Assembly: GCA_047284725.1 (NCBI GenBank)
Contig: JBJBEO010000001.1
Coordinates: 760,202 to 824,201, forward strand
Source: Synechococcus sp.
GTDB lineage: Bacteria > Cyanobacteriota > Cyanobacteriia > PCC-6307 > Cyanobiaceae
Direction: 5' to 3'
Length of the DNA: 64,000 nucleotides
Part shown: piece after piece, positions 39,539 through 50,265 of the stretch
How the letters are laid out: every line of letters starts with the position of its first letter
Numbering within the stretch: position 1 is the first letter of the stretch
Position numbers and translations under genes: made by a program
The notes under the pieces: generated by a model
What the model was told of the DNA's origin: nothing
What the model saw: the letters and a program-made list of their open reading frames with translations, nothing else
The model's database searches: none

Positions 39539-39823
39539 ATGATTCGCACGACGCTCACCGCCCTCGCGTTGCTTGGCCTTCTGGCTCCTGCTCAGGCCAG
39601 CGTCTATGCCGAGCAGCAGAAGGACGGCTCGTGGAAAGTCAGTCGTTACGACGACGGGGACCCAACGGTGAGCGTCACCTACCGAGACCAAGGGGGGACC
39701 GAGCCTTTGATTGACTTCAGCGAACGCGCTGAATATCCCGGTGGTCTGTGGCTGATCGGCACCACGGTGCAGATGACGAACAATGAGTGGCGGGGCTATC
39801 AGCATGACCTGGCAGGTCGTTGA
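39539..39823 (+). CDS. Secreted hypothetical protein
   Basis: Signal peptide ending AQA. Confidence 0.6.
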   Translation: MIRTTLTALALLGLLAPAQASVYAEQQKDGSWKVSRYDDGDPTVSVTYRDQGGTEPLIDFSERAEYPGGLWLIGTTVQMTNNEWRGYQHDLAGR

Positions 39824-40003
39824 GAAGACGCACCACCACCTACCCAGAAGACCTCTCTGCCGTGCATCTTGTCGGTCCCCAGCCGTTACAACGCGATCAG
39901 TCGGGGCTGCATGACCACCGCCCCAATCACCGGGATTCCAAGTCATGGAAATGACGCTGCAGCATTGTTGGTTAAGCTGAAAATGATGCTTAAGTTGATG
40001 TTC

Positions 40004-40273
40004 ATGAGGAACCGATCGTTGTTGTTTGGTGCTCGACATGCATCATTTGCGCTCCTGACGTCATGGTTCGCCACCTCGGCTGCTTTTGCTTACCCGCAGG
40101 CTGAGTTTGATGCCTGTTTGGGGAGCGCCATGGACGCTGTTGTCAAAAAGCAACTGAAGAGTACGTTGCAGGATGTCAAGAATTACTGCCATTGTTCCCT
40201 CGTGAAAGTTGTTGATCAAGGCAGGCCGATTGCTGCTTCAGTTGCCGATTGCAATCGGCGATATATCCGGTGA
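40004..40273 (+). CDS. Secreted Cys-containing hypothetical protein
   Basis: AFA-YPQ cleavage-like site; YCHC motif. Confidence 0.6.
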   Translation: MRNRSLLFGARHASFALLTSWFATSAAFAYPQAEFDACLGSAMDAVVKKQLKSTLQDVKNYCHCSLVKVVDQGRPIAASVADCNRRYIR

Positions 40274-41043
40274 ATCCCCAGTCAAGGTTCAGCGCTGAGC
40301 GCTGAAGTCATCCACTGATGGCCTTCCCATCACGTCTCCTCAGCTGCAGCTCATCGAATCTTCTTGCAATGATGGGCAGGCTCTAGTCCTCCGTTAGGGA
40401 TGGTGAAGCGAGCATGGGTATTGCCAAATCCGAGGCAGAAACCATGACGTGTGATCTGAAGCGACGCCCGAATGTTCTGCTCTCCACGGCTCAGGAGCGG
40501 CAGATTCTCGATTGGTGCCATGAACTCGTTGAGCGTGGCCAATGGCTGCAGGAAGAAGAGTGTTTCAGTCACTTCTTTGTGGAACGGCGCGATCCAGGCA
40601 AGCCTCGGCCTCTGAAGCAATCAGGCTCTGGCTCAAGGCGCGGGTGAGGGGGGCCGCCGATCGTCTGCCTTCGTGCGACGCGTCGAATGTGTGTCCAGCC
40701 GTTTGACCGGAAACGGTCATCATTCTCGGAACCGTTGATTGTTTCCTGGTCAATGCCGAACCTATTCGTGGTGATGGATGCAATGGCCGCTGAGGCATTC
40801 AACGTGACAGGAGGAAGGCTGAGGCGTTTGTCGTCTTTTGATTGCCAGCTCTGAAGCCTGTGCTGTCCCCCGCAGCAGCTCAGACCAATGCCGTTCCGTT
40901 CGCCGGGCCCTGGCCATGCTTGCCTGGGCCAAGCATGGCATCTGTTGCCATTGTTCGTCTCCGGTATCGCCGCCTCTCCTTTCTTTGGAGCAGTCCTGCG
41001 GGAGCATGCCGATTGATTAGACCAAACGTGTAGAGCGGACCCC

Positions 41044-41436
41044 ATGCACCACACCACCCTGACGGCTGCGGCCCTGGCGATTGGCTCACTGGTTGCACCC
41101 GTCACCGCAGCTGACACAAGTCGGAGTTGCAGCCAAGAACCCGTTGTCATGGTGATTGATGGTGTGACCAATGACCGCCAACAGATGGCGATTTACAGTC
41201 AGGCTTTGAAGGAATCAGGGCTCCACCAACACGCTGGATCGTTCTATCTGAATGACCCGCGCCCTTTGCAGATTCTGGAGGGACGTCGAGATCAGAATCA
41301 TGTGACATTGTTGATAAAATTTCCCTCAGAGTGTGCAGCGACGACGTTCTGGAACTCTCCGGTTTATCAGCAGGATATCAAGCCTCTTCGAGAACAAGCG
41401 GGAGATTACACAATCGAACTCTATCCACTCCTCTGA
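41044..41436 (+). CDS. DUF1330 domain protein
   Basis: LEG...LIKFPS...FWNSPVYQ. Confidence 0.75.
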   Translation: MHHTTLTAAALAIGSLVAPVTAADTSRSCSQEPVVMVIDGVTNDRQQMAIYSQALKESGLHQHAGSFYLNDPRPLQILEGRRDQNHVTLLIKFPSECAATTFWNSPVYQQDIKPLREQAGDYTIELYPLL

Positions 41437-41690
41437 GGGGAAACACATTCCGTTCGCTGGCGTCAACCACCCCAAACCTTCACCTTCAGGTTCCGGTTTG
41501 TGAATGGCTCCTCCCCCAGCGCGAGATCGGGGGGCGCCTGCGAGACGCCCTGGCCCCAGTCGTCATAACCTTGCTGCTGTCTGGTTTGGGTGCATCACCA
41601 GACAGCATTGCTTGGTCGGTATCGATCGCCTCTGTTTCCACGCGGGTAGCGGTCTATGACGGGTTCAACGCTGTTGATCGGAGTCGTTCA

Positions 41691-41873
41691 ATGATTCACG
41701 TCGCTAGGGTGTATTTGTGCACCAAAGTGGACGACGAGATCGAATTCAATCTGATTGATATCGAGGTTCAGAAGCTGGATGAGACTGTGGGCATGCTCGT
41801 TGAGAACGGTTACGAGCTTCTGCCTGATCATGCCACGGCTGAGAAATACATCGAGCACATTGTTGAGGTCTGA
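41691..41873 (+). CDS. Small acidic hypothetical protein
   Basis: GGAG SD upstream; 60 aa. Confidence 0.5.
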   Translation: MIHVARVYLCTKVDDEIEFNLIDIEVQKLDETVGMLVENGYELLPDHATAEKYIEHIVEV

Positions 41874-41986
41874 CGCGGCTACTTTTTGTTGTGTGTGTGT
41901 TGAGCCGGGGAGGGAGGTTTTTTATTCGAGGCGCACGATATTGCCGATCACGAGGCCTGAGTTCCCGGAGTTCCTTCTGTGACGCC

Positions 41987-42259
41987 CTAGTGGCTTAAGC
42001 ATTCCGCTTTACGTTTCCCTTTGCCATCGGACGGCATTGGATTCGTTGCTTCCCATTGTTCGGCGGCATCGAGGCATTCCTGCATGGTGTCAAAGTCTTC
42101 AGTGCTGATTCCGCCACCGGCAAAGTGGCTCCCATCCGGGTTCATGCCCCAGTCAGCATGATGCATCATCAAGGTTGCCTGTTGTGCACGACCCGGGCTG
42201 ACCATGATCATGCTCAGCGTGAACAGAAGGGTTGCCAAGATCTGCAATGCATTGCCCAC
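41987..42259 (-). CDS. Secreted hypothetical protein
   Basis: Signal peptide; FDTMQEC...AEC. Confidence 0.55.
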   Translation of the reverse strand: MGNALQILATLLFTLSMIMVSPGRAQQATLMMHHADWGMNPDGSHFAGGGISTEDFDTMQECLDAAEQWEATNPMPSDGKGKRKAECLSH

Positions 42260-42341
42260 TCTTCAATAAGGGTGGCCATTGATCCCACGGATGGCAACGC
42301 ACAGTGCGGTTGTCATCGTTCGCGACGCCGAGCTTGGAGGC

Positions 42342-42629
42342 TCAGCTCTTCTTATTCAGCATGAAGAGAATTCGCTGCGCATTCAATTCGATGCCATAGG
42401 TCGCTTTCATATGAGCAGCAATGCGAGACAGAGGCCAGCCAAACAGTCTTCTCAGCCGTGCTGCTTCTTTGAGGATCTGTGTTTCATTGAGCTGTCGCAT
42501 GGTCGTGGTGATTTCAAGCGCATGTTCAGACTCGCCTTGAGTCTGCACTGTGCGCATCACCCATTCAGGGGATTCTCGTGCCTGAATCTTCCCCAAATGC
42601 TTCTGCGCTAAAGAGCTCCACTGCGTCAC
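42342..42629 (-). CDS. Hypothetical protein
   Basis: Plausible ORF with a helical C-terminus. Confidence 0.4.
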   Translation of the reverse strand: MTQWSSLAQKHLGKIQARESPEWVMRTVQTQGESEHALEITTTMRQLNETQILKEAARLRRLFGWPLSRIAAHMKATYGIELNAQRILFMLNKKS

Positions 42630-42755
42630 CGTGCCGTCACTCTGAAGTATGTGTCAGGGCCGTTTAAAGGCGACGTTCAAAGCTGACGCAGAGTCATCAC
42701 GGCCGTGATCACCACTGGCAGCGCTGAGTCAAGATGAGCCATCGACCGTTTCGGG

Positions 42756-43091
42756 TCAGGGGCAGGCTTCAGGAAGATGAAGATTGATCCAATTAAGATG
42801 GTTCTGTTTGCCGAATTCAAAGCCAAACCTTTGATTGTCAATCCATCTCACGACGGCATCAAAGAAGTGTTCATCTGCATTGATATGGTCGTGGGCGCGA
42901 AGCGTAATAGGTTGACCAATACTGAGTGACACAGACTCTCCACAGCAAACACATCCGCCCGAGCAGCTTAAATCCCATAAATAGGATCGCTTGCCAAGAG
43001 ACTGCAAAGTCTCGGGTTTGATGAACGAAATATTGACCGTGTCGAGCCCGGTGTAGATCAGCTTTTGACGTTTGTGCTTACGCTTTTCCAT
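42756..43091 (-). CDS. PilZ domain protein
   Basis: RKHKR (RxxxR), DLSCSG (DxSxxG), VVRW...FGFEF. Confidence 0.7.
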   Translation of the reverse strand: MEKRKHKRQKLIYTGLDTVNISFIKPETLQSLGKRSYLWDLSCSGGCVCCGESVSLSIGQPITLRAHDHINADEHFFDAVVRWIDNQRFGFEFGKQNHLNWINLHLPEACP

Positions 43092-43275
43092 TGGGCACGC
43101 AGCGTCATGGCCTGTTTATAGCAACAGCTCTCAGTCAGGGCTTGTGTGGCGAAGCCTTTGTTTGAACGCTGGCCAATGGATCGATGGGTGTCTCGTCATG
43201 GATGTCTCATGCTCGATCATGCAATCGTTGAAGTGGCAATTTTGATCCAACCCTTTGTGCTGGGGTTTCTCTCTT

Positions 43276-43854
43276 TTAGATCCACACATTTGTGGTTCTG
43301 GCTTCTCTTGTGATGCCGCGTTGCCATACCCAGCCGAGGGTCAGCACGCTCAGGGACCCGCAGGGGCCAATGACAAGATGCCAAAGCGGATCCCCGCTGC
43401 TGGTGAGCATGGCTCCTGCTCCTGTGGTCAACACCACCCCGAACAGGGGGTAAAGCCACAGCCGACGATCGCTAAAGCGTTTCCACCACTGGAGCAGCAT
43501 CAGTATGACCAGTAGTGTTTGCAGTGCGATGGCGACTGTTTTTCCCGCGAGTGGATAGGCCGTAATCGCCAACAGGGTGAGCAGCAGAAGTGGCAGCCTC
43601 CACTGCCTGGAACGGCTTACCGATGCCGTGAGGAGCGCCAGGCCGGCAGCAAGCGATCCATAAAACACGCCGTTGAACACACTGATGTGGTTCACATAAA
43701 TCCAGTTGGTGGTGGTGTGATCGACCATCTCCGCCAACGACGCCAGGGCAAAGCAACAGAATCCCGCCTTCAGCAGCCATCCTCGGCAGCGCAGCGCCAC
43801 TCCAAGTGGCACCAGAACTGCTTGCAGATGCATCACGACCAGGGCGATCAACAT
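43276..43854 (-). CDS. Multi-TM membrane protein
   Basis: About 7 TMs; EMVDHTTTNWIY. Confidence 0.7.
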   Translation of the reverse strand: MLIALVVMHLQAVLVPLGVALRCRGWLLKAGFCCFALASLAEMVDHTTTNWIYVNHISVFNGVFYGSLAAGLALLTASVSRSRQWRLPLLLLTLLAITAYPLAGKTVAIALQTLLVILMLLQWWKRFSDRRLWLYPLFGVVLTTGAGAMLTSSGDPLWHLVIGPCGSLSVLTLGWVWQRGITREARTTNVWI

Positions 43855-43858
43855 GGGC

Positions 43859-44494
43859 TCAGTTCTTCATGGATGCAGCCTTGGCGCGGCGATCATGGCG
43901 ATCTCCCCCTTCATGACTGTCCAGCTCCGACTGCACCTCGCTGGCGATTGGGCGCATGCAGTAAGCCCTGAGCAGCCACCCATCCTTCGGTTTCGACAGG
44001 TGCGCAGGCATGTCTGCTTCTGAGGCTGTTGTCCAGTTCTGCCTGACGAGGTAACAATCCGGTTGTGCCTTGATTTGAATGGCCGATCCATAACGTGTGC
44101 AATTGACTCCGCACGCATTGCGCTCTGGATCAAGTCGATAGTCGCGGACCCAGAAACCGTGGAGTGTCGCGTCGCCAAGGCGACCGTTCTCCCAACCCCA
44201 CCAAGCGACGGCACCTTGATCCACAAGAACACCGCCCTGGCTCAGGGGCCTCACATAGCAAACGACCCCGTGATGGGGTTCCGATTGAATCCTGGGGTCG
44301 TAGCTCACGCACCAGTGGGTGTAGCAGTCTCCAGCGCTGACAGATTCGCTCCCGCAGCGCTCGCCCCGTGTTTGGTCGGGACCTGTTTTGGGAGTTGGCT
44401 TGGCCATGACCATGACTTCACTCCAGGCGAGCGCAGAGGCTCCAGCGAGCATCAAGGAGCCTGCGGTCCTGGCCAACGTGCTGATCGCTCCCAT
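43859..44494 (-). CDS. Secreted Cys-rich hypothetical protein
   Basis: Signal-like N-terminus; co-oriented with 43276. Confidence 0.55.
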   Translation of the reverse strand: MGAISTLARTAGSLMLAGASALAWSEVMVMAKPTPKTGPDQTRGERCGSESVSAGDCYTHWCVSYDPRIQSEPHHGVVCYVRPLSQGGVLVDQGAVAWWGWENGRLGDATLHGFWVRDYRLDPERNACGVNCTRYGSAIQIKAQPDCYLVRQNWTTASEADMPAHLSKPKDGWLLRAYCMRPIASEVQSELDSHEGGDRHDRRAKAASMKN

Positions 44495-44837
44495 TGGAGA
44501 AGTGCCGACTCAACGGTTGTCTAGCCGCCAAAGCAGGTTGGGGCTTGCCTTCGGCGGTGGAGATGATGTGCAGGCTTGGCTGATTATTGATTTTTCGTCG
44601 TTAGTCTGCCCGTTTTGGTTTGTCTTTAAAGCGGCACAATGTTCTTGTTGTGAATGACGGAATGGCATTGTTAGTTTGATCCTTGCCCTTGTGCATAATC
44701 TTTTGTCTCGGTCTTGATCTTTTGTGTTCGATGTTTTGTTTGGGTCGATCGCAGGCACGCTTGACCTACATAAGTGAAACTTTGTTGCGTCAGGCTTTTT
44801 TCACGCTATTGTTCCAAAATACTTTTGAGAGCTCGAT

Positions 44838-45191
44838 GTGACTTCGTCTAGACGCCCTTCTGAGCGGCGTCGTTCACGTCGCAACTCGATGCCCTACGCA
44901 GGTGTTGGCAGAGTTGATGTTTTCGTTCAATCTGCAGCAAGACCTATTCCTGCCAAGTGCCGCTTTTTCTTGTGGGACCTGAGCCTGGGTGGTGGTTCGG
45001 TGATGACGTCCATGCCAGTGGCTATTCAGGCAGGGGAAAAGCTTCGCCTCACCTTTGAGGATACGCTGTCTCCTTATCCAGACAGCGTTATCGCCATGGC
45101 TGTGTGGGTCAAGCCAGACGCCTTCGGATTTCGCTTCAATCGCCCTCAACAGAGCTTGTTGACCTGGGCCAAAGGGAGCCCTGTCAATTAA
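44838..45191 (+). CDS. PilZ domain protein
   Basis: ERRRSRR (RxxxR), WDLSLGG, AVW...FGFRF. Confidence 0.7.
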   Translation: MTSSRRPSERRRSRRNSMPYAGVGRVDVFVQSAARPIPAKCRFFLWDLSLGGGSVMTSMPVAIQAGEKLRLTFEDTLSPYPDSVIAMAVWVKPDAFGFRFNRPQQSLLTWAKGSPVN

Positions 45192-45263
45192 TGGCAGGCC
45201 AGGATTGAAAGCCAGTGTCTTGCTTTCGTAAGTGCCTGAATTTGCGCAAGCCCCATTGGATCT

Positions 45264-45500
45264 TCAGTCCTCTTCAATCACCACTCCAGCCACCATTTCG
45301 CTGGTTTCAACGGCGGCGGTTCGGAAGAGATCGGCCAGGGCACCCATGCTGCCTGCCTGACGCTGCAGATGTTCGCATTCCTCGTCGAGCGACGCGCTGA
45401 GGTCAAGCATTTCTGAGGGCTGCAGATTCGCATCCGCCACCGTTTCGGCCAGAACGACAGCAGCCTCGATGATGCGTTTTTGTTTGGCGGTGCGGCGCAT
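45264..45500 (-). CDS. Small hypothetical protein
   Basis: Helical ORF starting MRRTAKQ. Confidence 0.5.
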   Translation of the reverse strand: MRRTAKQKRIIEAAVVLAETVADANLQPSEMLDLSASLDEECEHLQRQAGSMGALADLFRTAAVETSEMVAGVVIEED

Positions 45501-45809
45501 GGCAACCCGAGGCGTCGGCGGTGAGGCCTCCAAGACTGTCTTCAGTCTCGCAGCGATATCTGATTGATGAACGGCCTGGTAGTGAATCGTTTGGTTGGGG
45601 GTGCTGGCTCCGACTCGGCTTGGCTTGAGATGGCCTGGATCAGTGCTGAAGCCGGTGCTCTCAGCTCTGCCATGACGGCCGTTGGCCCGTTCGCGTTGAC
45701 GGCCAGGATGACCGGTGCCGCTGCGCTGCTGGGACAGAACGTTGGTGGCGGTTCTGTGCTGACCAGGCGGCTGTAGCCGATAATTCATGCTGTTTGTGGG
45801 GTTGTGCTG

Positions 45810-46046
45810 ATGCAATGGGAGTACACGCAGCTGCGGTTTGTGCCCCGTGGCAAGAGCTGGACAGGTGAAATCGAGGAGTTGTGGCTCGATGACCGCCAGC
45901 TGATCTCCCGTAGCCATCCCCAGAACGGGGTCACCCTGGTGGGTCTGATGAATGAACTCGGCCAGCAGGGATGGGAACTGATGACCTATGCCCAACCGTT
46001 CACCGGTTATCACGGCGGTTGCTACACCTTCAAGCGTCCCAAATAG
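45810..46046 (+). CDS. DUF4177-like small protein
   Basis: QWEY...NELGQQGWEL...FKRP. Confidence 0.75.
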   Translation: MQWEYTQLRFVPRGKSWTGEIEELWLDDRQLISRSHPQNGVTLVGLMNELGQQGWELMTYAQPFTGYHGGCYTFKRPK

Positions 46047-46421
46047 AGCCTGCGCTCAGGCTGCTTTCTTTTTCTTCATCCAGCCCAGCAGCATTTCCAC
46101 CACCTCGCCACGACTTTTGGCTCCCCAGTCGCGCCGACGTTGATCCAGAACCTTTACCAGCTCAGGGCTGAGCTCCACGATGTTGCCTTCGTGCTCCTGG
46201 AACTCCATGCCAACACCCTCGCTGGCTGCGTTTTAGCGGCGATCCGTGCCGCTGTCTGGAGATTGCTGCTGACTCTTCGCTTCAGCATCTGCGACCGTGA
46301 TCACGGGTTGCGATGGTTTGAACGGTTGCCAGGCCAGGGCTGTTGCGCGAGAAGCTAAGCCCTCAAGGCCTGTGTCTCACCGTTGTGGGGTGGATGACTC
46401 GATAGGGGCGCTGCTGCTGAC

Positions 46422-46799
46422 TCAGATGCCTCCATTGGCGATGTAGGGATCGTTGAGGCCGAGTTCGATGGCGGTGCTGCGCAGTAATTTGTTGTCCCTT
46501 TCGTATCTGCCACTGTTGAGCTGTTCCTCGAGTGGAGAAGCCGTTGCCATTCGTGAGTGTTCAAAGCATCTCAACATGCTCTCCCGTTCCCCGATGAAAA
46601 ATAAAATTCTCAGGCCAGAGGACCTGCTGCTGGGAGGGAATGGGAGTCCGTAAAACTCATAAACGCCCTCGCAGTGTTGCATGGGTTTTGGTTGGGCCAC
46701 TGCCGCGGTGCTTGCAATGGCGGAGAAGAGGAAGGCGATGATGATGTGGAATTTCAAGGTCTTTCTCGCTCTTTCGACTGACTCGATGATTGTATTCAT
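46422..46799 (-). CDS. Secreted hypothetical protein
   Basis: Signal-like segment. Confidence 0.45.
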   Translation of the reverse strand: MNTIIESVERARKTLKFHIIIAFLFSAIASTAAVAQPKPMQHCEGVYEFYGLPFPPSSRSSGLRILFFIGERESMLRCFEHSRMATASPLEEQLNSGRYERDNKLLRSTAIELGLNDPYIANGGI

Positions 46800-46924
46800 T
46801 GTTGAGCAGTGATTCTTTGATTGTCTGATTCACCCCTCGCGATTCTGCTTCCGTCGTTTGCAGACTGTTGTCTCAGCTTGTGGCTGATCGCTCTGTGGCT
46901 GGTTGAGTCTCAGCGCCTCTACCT

Positions 46925-47584
46925 TCACTCGTCGCTGATGTCATGCAACTTGTCGATGAGCAGGTCCATGTCGGTCTCAATGCCGCCGTCCCGTTCCCAG
47001 GCGCTGGGGTCAAAGCGTTCTTGAACCATGCGGTTGATGCGTTCTCCTGAACGGAGATTCATCAGGGTCTGCGTCGAGGTTGAGCTTGAAGTTGTTGCTG
47101 TGGTCTGCTGCTCCGGCTGGATCGTTGTGTGCTCGCCGATCAAGTGGCAGGCAAGCCGGCGTTGGTGGGGCCGGGCGCGATGCTCCCAGAGATACACCGC
47201 TTGCCATTGTCCCAGAACCAAATGGCCGTTGTCCACGCTCAGCGTCAGGGTCTGACTGGTGAGAGCAGTGCGGATATGGGCTGGCATGTCGTCATTGCCT
47301 TCATCGTCGTGGAGGTAACGGCTGCGTTGGCCATCGCCATTGCATGGACCTTTGCCGTCATTGGGAACAACCGCCTCCATCCAGGCGTTGAGGTCTTTGA
47401 GAACCCTCGGATCGGCGTTTTCGTTGATGGTGAGGCTGGCGCTCGTGTGCAGACAGGTGAGATGCAGCACCCCCAGCTGAATGTCAGTGCTGCGGATCCA
47501 GCTGTTGAGTTGTTCGTTCAGGCGCGTGAAGCCCTGGCCTGGAGTGGTGATCACCAGCTGATCCAGAACCTGGTCCATGGTCAT
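46925..47584 (-). CDS. yjbQ: YjbQ / secondary thiamine-phosphate synthase family
   Basis: HTSASLTINENADP, HDDEG.DDMPAHI, LGQWQ. Confidence 0.9.
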   Translation of the reverse strand: MTMDQVLDQLVITTPGQGFTRLNEQLNSWIRSTDIQLGVLHLTCLHTSASLTINENADPRVLKDLNAWMEAVVPNDGKGPCNGDGQRSRYLHDDEGNDDMPAHIRTALTSQTLTLSVDNGHLVLGQWQAVYLWEHRARPHQRRLACHLIGEHTTIQPEQQTTATTSSSTSTQTLMNLRSGERINRMVQERFDPSAWERDGGIETDMDLLIDKLHDISDE

Positions 47585-47597
47585 GTCGTTGGGTCGT

Positions 47598-48338
47598 TCA
47601 GTCTTGTGCTCTGGCCAGCATGACGGGCTCCCCCGGCATAGGGGTGGTGATCAGGTCGTCGCTAGGCGGCATGGTCTCGCCACCATCGGCGTTGAGCAGG
47701 CGGCTGATCACACCGGTGAAGCGCACATCCCCGCCGGTGGTGCTGGCCAGCACCTGCTGGGGTGAGAAACGTTCGATTAGAGCGGGCATCACGCTGGCCC
47801 CGGTGATGAAGTTGCCGACCAGCGGCAGTCCCAGGTCGATTACCGGGCTGATCACGGTGGACACCTGGCGTCTGGGCAGGGTTGGGTCGAGCACCCCATG
47901 GGGCTCGAGGTACAGCGATCCACCTGGCCAGTCGAGGAGGTAGCCGTTCTCCACCATCGGCACCCGCGCGCCTGCGGTGGCTTGGATGGTGAGCTCGCCT
48001 GCCTGGTGTCGCTCCCCCGGTCGCAGGCTCGTCACCTGCGTGAAACCAAGGGTCGTCACCACCTTGGCGGCCGCAGGGGAGGCCACCACCGGCAGGGTTC
48101 GGGGCAGCTGTTGCAGCGTGGCCGGATGGGCGTGGTCAGCCTGCCCCTGGGTGAGCAGTAACAGATCCAGCTGCTCTGGAATTGGCCAGGGATGGGGCAG
48201 TTCACCCTTCAGCAGCCAGGCCCCCGGAGGGAAGACCAGGGCATCCACAAGCCATGGATCCACCAGCACCCGCAGGCCATGGATCTCCAGCAGCCAGCTG
48301 TTGGATCCGAAATAGGTTGCCGTTGCCGCCGTGCTCAT
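47598..48338 (-). CDS. MBL-fold metallo-hydrolase
   Basis: LVDPWL, TQGQADHAH, EPHG. Confidence 0.85.
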   Translation of the reverse strand: MSTAATATYFGSNSWLLEIHGLRVLVDPWLVDALVFPPGAWLLKGELPHPWPIPEQLDLLLLTQGQADHAHPATLQQLPRTLPVVASPAAAKVVTTLGFTQVTSLRPGERHQAGELTIQATAGARVPMVENGYLLDWPGGSLYLEPHGVLDPTLPRRQVSTVISPVIDLGLPLVGNFITGASVMPALIERFSPQQVLASTTGGDVRFTGVISRLLNADGGETMPPSDDLITTPMPGEPVMLARAQD

Positions 48339-48434
48339 GGCTTGGAGGGAGGAGGCGTTGATCTTGGCGCCTTGGCGGCTGAGAGTGCGTTCACCCCCTC
48401 AGGTCGCCATGGAGAGCTGTTGGCACCGACTGGT

Positions 48435-49343
48435 TCAGTTGGCCACGGCCAGGGCGACCCCGCCAACGGCGAGCAAGGAGGCCATCAGGCCGATCCCCCG
48501 GGGGTGATCCCCCTCCTGATGGGCCACGCACAGGGCCATCACCGGTGCTGTGCTGAGCAGGGTGATGGCCACGGCCAGCGGCAGCTGTTGCAGCACGGTC
48601 TGTTGCAGCAGGATGCCCAGATTGGTACCCAGCAGCGTGGCGGTCACCACCCGAAAGGCACGCTGTTGCCGGGGTTGTGGCCCCGCTTGTCGGCGTTGTC
48701 TGAGGCCCGGCCGCCCTCCGTTTCTCCACCAGCACCAGCCCAGCCAGGGCAACAGCGCCACCAATCCGCCCAGCAGCCGCACCGCCGCACTTTGGATCGG
48801 TGTCACGTCGGCTTGCAGCAACACGCTGCGCGAAAGGGCAGCGCCACCGACCCCACAGATCACCGCCAGCAACGCCAAGCCCAGGCCCAGAAGCTGCCCC
48901 CTGGGGGAACAGTCGCTGGGGGCGGTGCGGCTCGGGGGTTGTTGGAGGGCAACAATCAGCACGGACCCGCTCACCAGGACAGCACCGCACCACACCAGGG
49001 GGCTTAGCCGTTCTCCCATCCACAGCAGTCCGCTGATCGCCGCCAGCAGTGGGGCCAGGGCTTCCACGGTGAGGGCGCGGCGTGTGCCCAGACGGCGCAG
49101 GGCTCCGAGATAACAGCTGTCGCCTGCGGCAATGCCCACGGCGCCGCTCACCAGCAGCCATGTCCACACCTGGGGCAGGGCCACCCAGGGCACGGCCACG
49201 AGCACGGGCAGCAGCACGAGGCAGGCGATGGCGTTTTTGAGGCCATTCAGCTGCGGAGCCTTCAGTGACGTGGAGAGCCCCCGCCAGAGGCTGCTCGCCA
49301 GCGTCCAGGCCAGGGCGGCTGTGAGGCCAGCGAGGAGTCCCAT
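48435..49343 (-). CDS. DMT/EamA family transporter
   Basis: 10 TMs in two EamA repeats. Confidence 0.85.
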   Translation of the reverse strand: MGLLAGLTAALAWTLASSLWRGLSTSLKAPQLNGLKNAIACLVLLPVLVAVPWVALPQVWTWLLVSGAVGIAAGDSCYLGALRRLGTRRALTVEALAPLLAAISGLLWMGERLSPLVWCGAVLVSGSVLIVALQQPPSRTAPSDCSPRGQLLGLGLALLAVICGVGGAALSRSVLLQADVTPIQSAAVRLLGGLVALLPWLGWCWWRNGGRPGLRQRRQAGPQPRQQRAFRVVTATLLGTNLGILLQQTVLQQLPLAVAITLLSTAPVMALCVAHQEGDHPRGIGLMASLLAVGGVALAVAN

Positions 49344-49354
49344 GCGTCAGCGGC

Positions 49355-49615
49355 TTACCAGTGGGGATCACTGGCGAACGCCACCTGCAGTTCGCCGCTT
49401 TGGCTGCCCGGCACAGTGCTGATGCAGGCCCTCACGGTGCTGCCGTTCACGTCGATTTCACAGGCACCACAGCTACCGCTCATGCAGCCCGTGGGAATGC
49501 TCACACCGGCCTCCCTGGCTGCCTTGAGCCAATCGATGCCCACGCGGTGATCACGGCTCTGGCCATCGGGCCAATGGATGCGCACGTCGCCCCTGGCTCC
49601 AGCAGGACGCATCAC
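49355..49615 (-). CDS. 2Fe-2S ferredoxin-like protein
   Basis: CMSGSCGAC...RAC. Confidence 0.85.
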   Translation of the reverse strand: MMRPAGARGDVRIHWPDGQSRDHRVGIDWLKAAREAGVSIPTGCMSGSCGACEIDVNGSTVRACISTVPGSQSGELQVAFASDPHW

Positions 49616-50172
49616 GACACCGTTGTTGATTGCGGTTTGATGTACTCGCAGGTGAGGGATTTGCTCACGAAGGCCTGGGCTGCATTGGCGTCGCTGCGGC
49701 TTGGCGCGTTGTATCCGCTGCCGATGTTGCTCAGATCCAGCTTGGCTTGAAGGGTCTCGAGGTTGATCAGCATGCGCACGGAGTTATCGGGATCCGTTTT
49801 GTCGAACACCTTGATCGACAGGTTGCCGTTGTCGAGGCTGCCTTCGGGGCCACCAATGAAGCTCAGTCCTGTGCTTAAAGCTTCCTCGGGGATGAATTCG
49901 TTGAAGGGGATTTCGTTCTCGAGCGCAAAGGGTTCAAGGGTCTGATTGAATTCATTGAATGAATACAACTGGCCCGTCTTGTCATTGAAGTGCAGGTCGA
50001 TGCCGATCGATTTGATGGAGCAGTACAAACGTTTGACGGGCGTTCCGGTCGGCAGGCTGAACGACTGAGGAAGATTGAAGGGGTTGGATTGCAGTTGCGT
50101 GGGTAACGAGCATCCGGTGATCAGGGGTGCAGCACCTGCCAGAACAAGCCGCCACCACTTGAATGTCCCCAT
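49612..50172 (-). CDS. Putative lipoprotein
   Basis: LITGC lipobox. Confidence 0.6.
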   Translation of the reverse strand: MGTFKWWRLVLAGAAPLITGCSLPTQLQSNPFNLPQSFSLPTGTPVKRLYCSIKSIGIDLHFNDKTGQLYSFNEFNQTLEPFALENEIPFNEFIPEEALSTGLSFIGGPEGSLDNGNLSIKVFDKTDPDNSVRMLINLETLQAKLDLSNIGSGYNAPSRSDANAAQAFVSKSLTCEYIKPQSTTVS

Positions 50173-50265
50173 GCAATTTGTTGTGCTCTTTTCCCACCTT
50201 AGAGAAGGCTGAGGAAGGCACCCATGACCGGGGACACCGGCCGATGTGTTCGCGGCACGCGTCGC

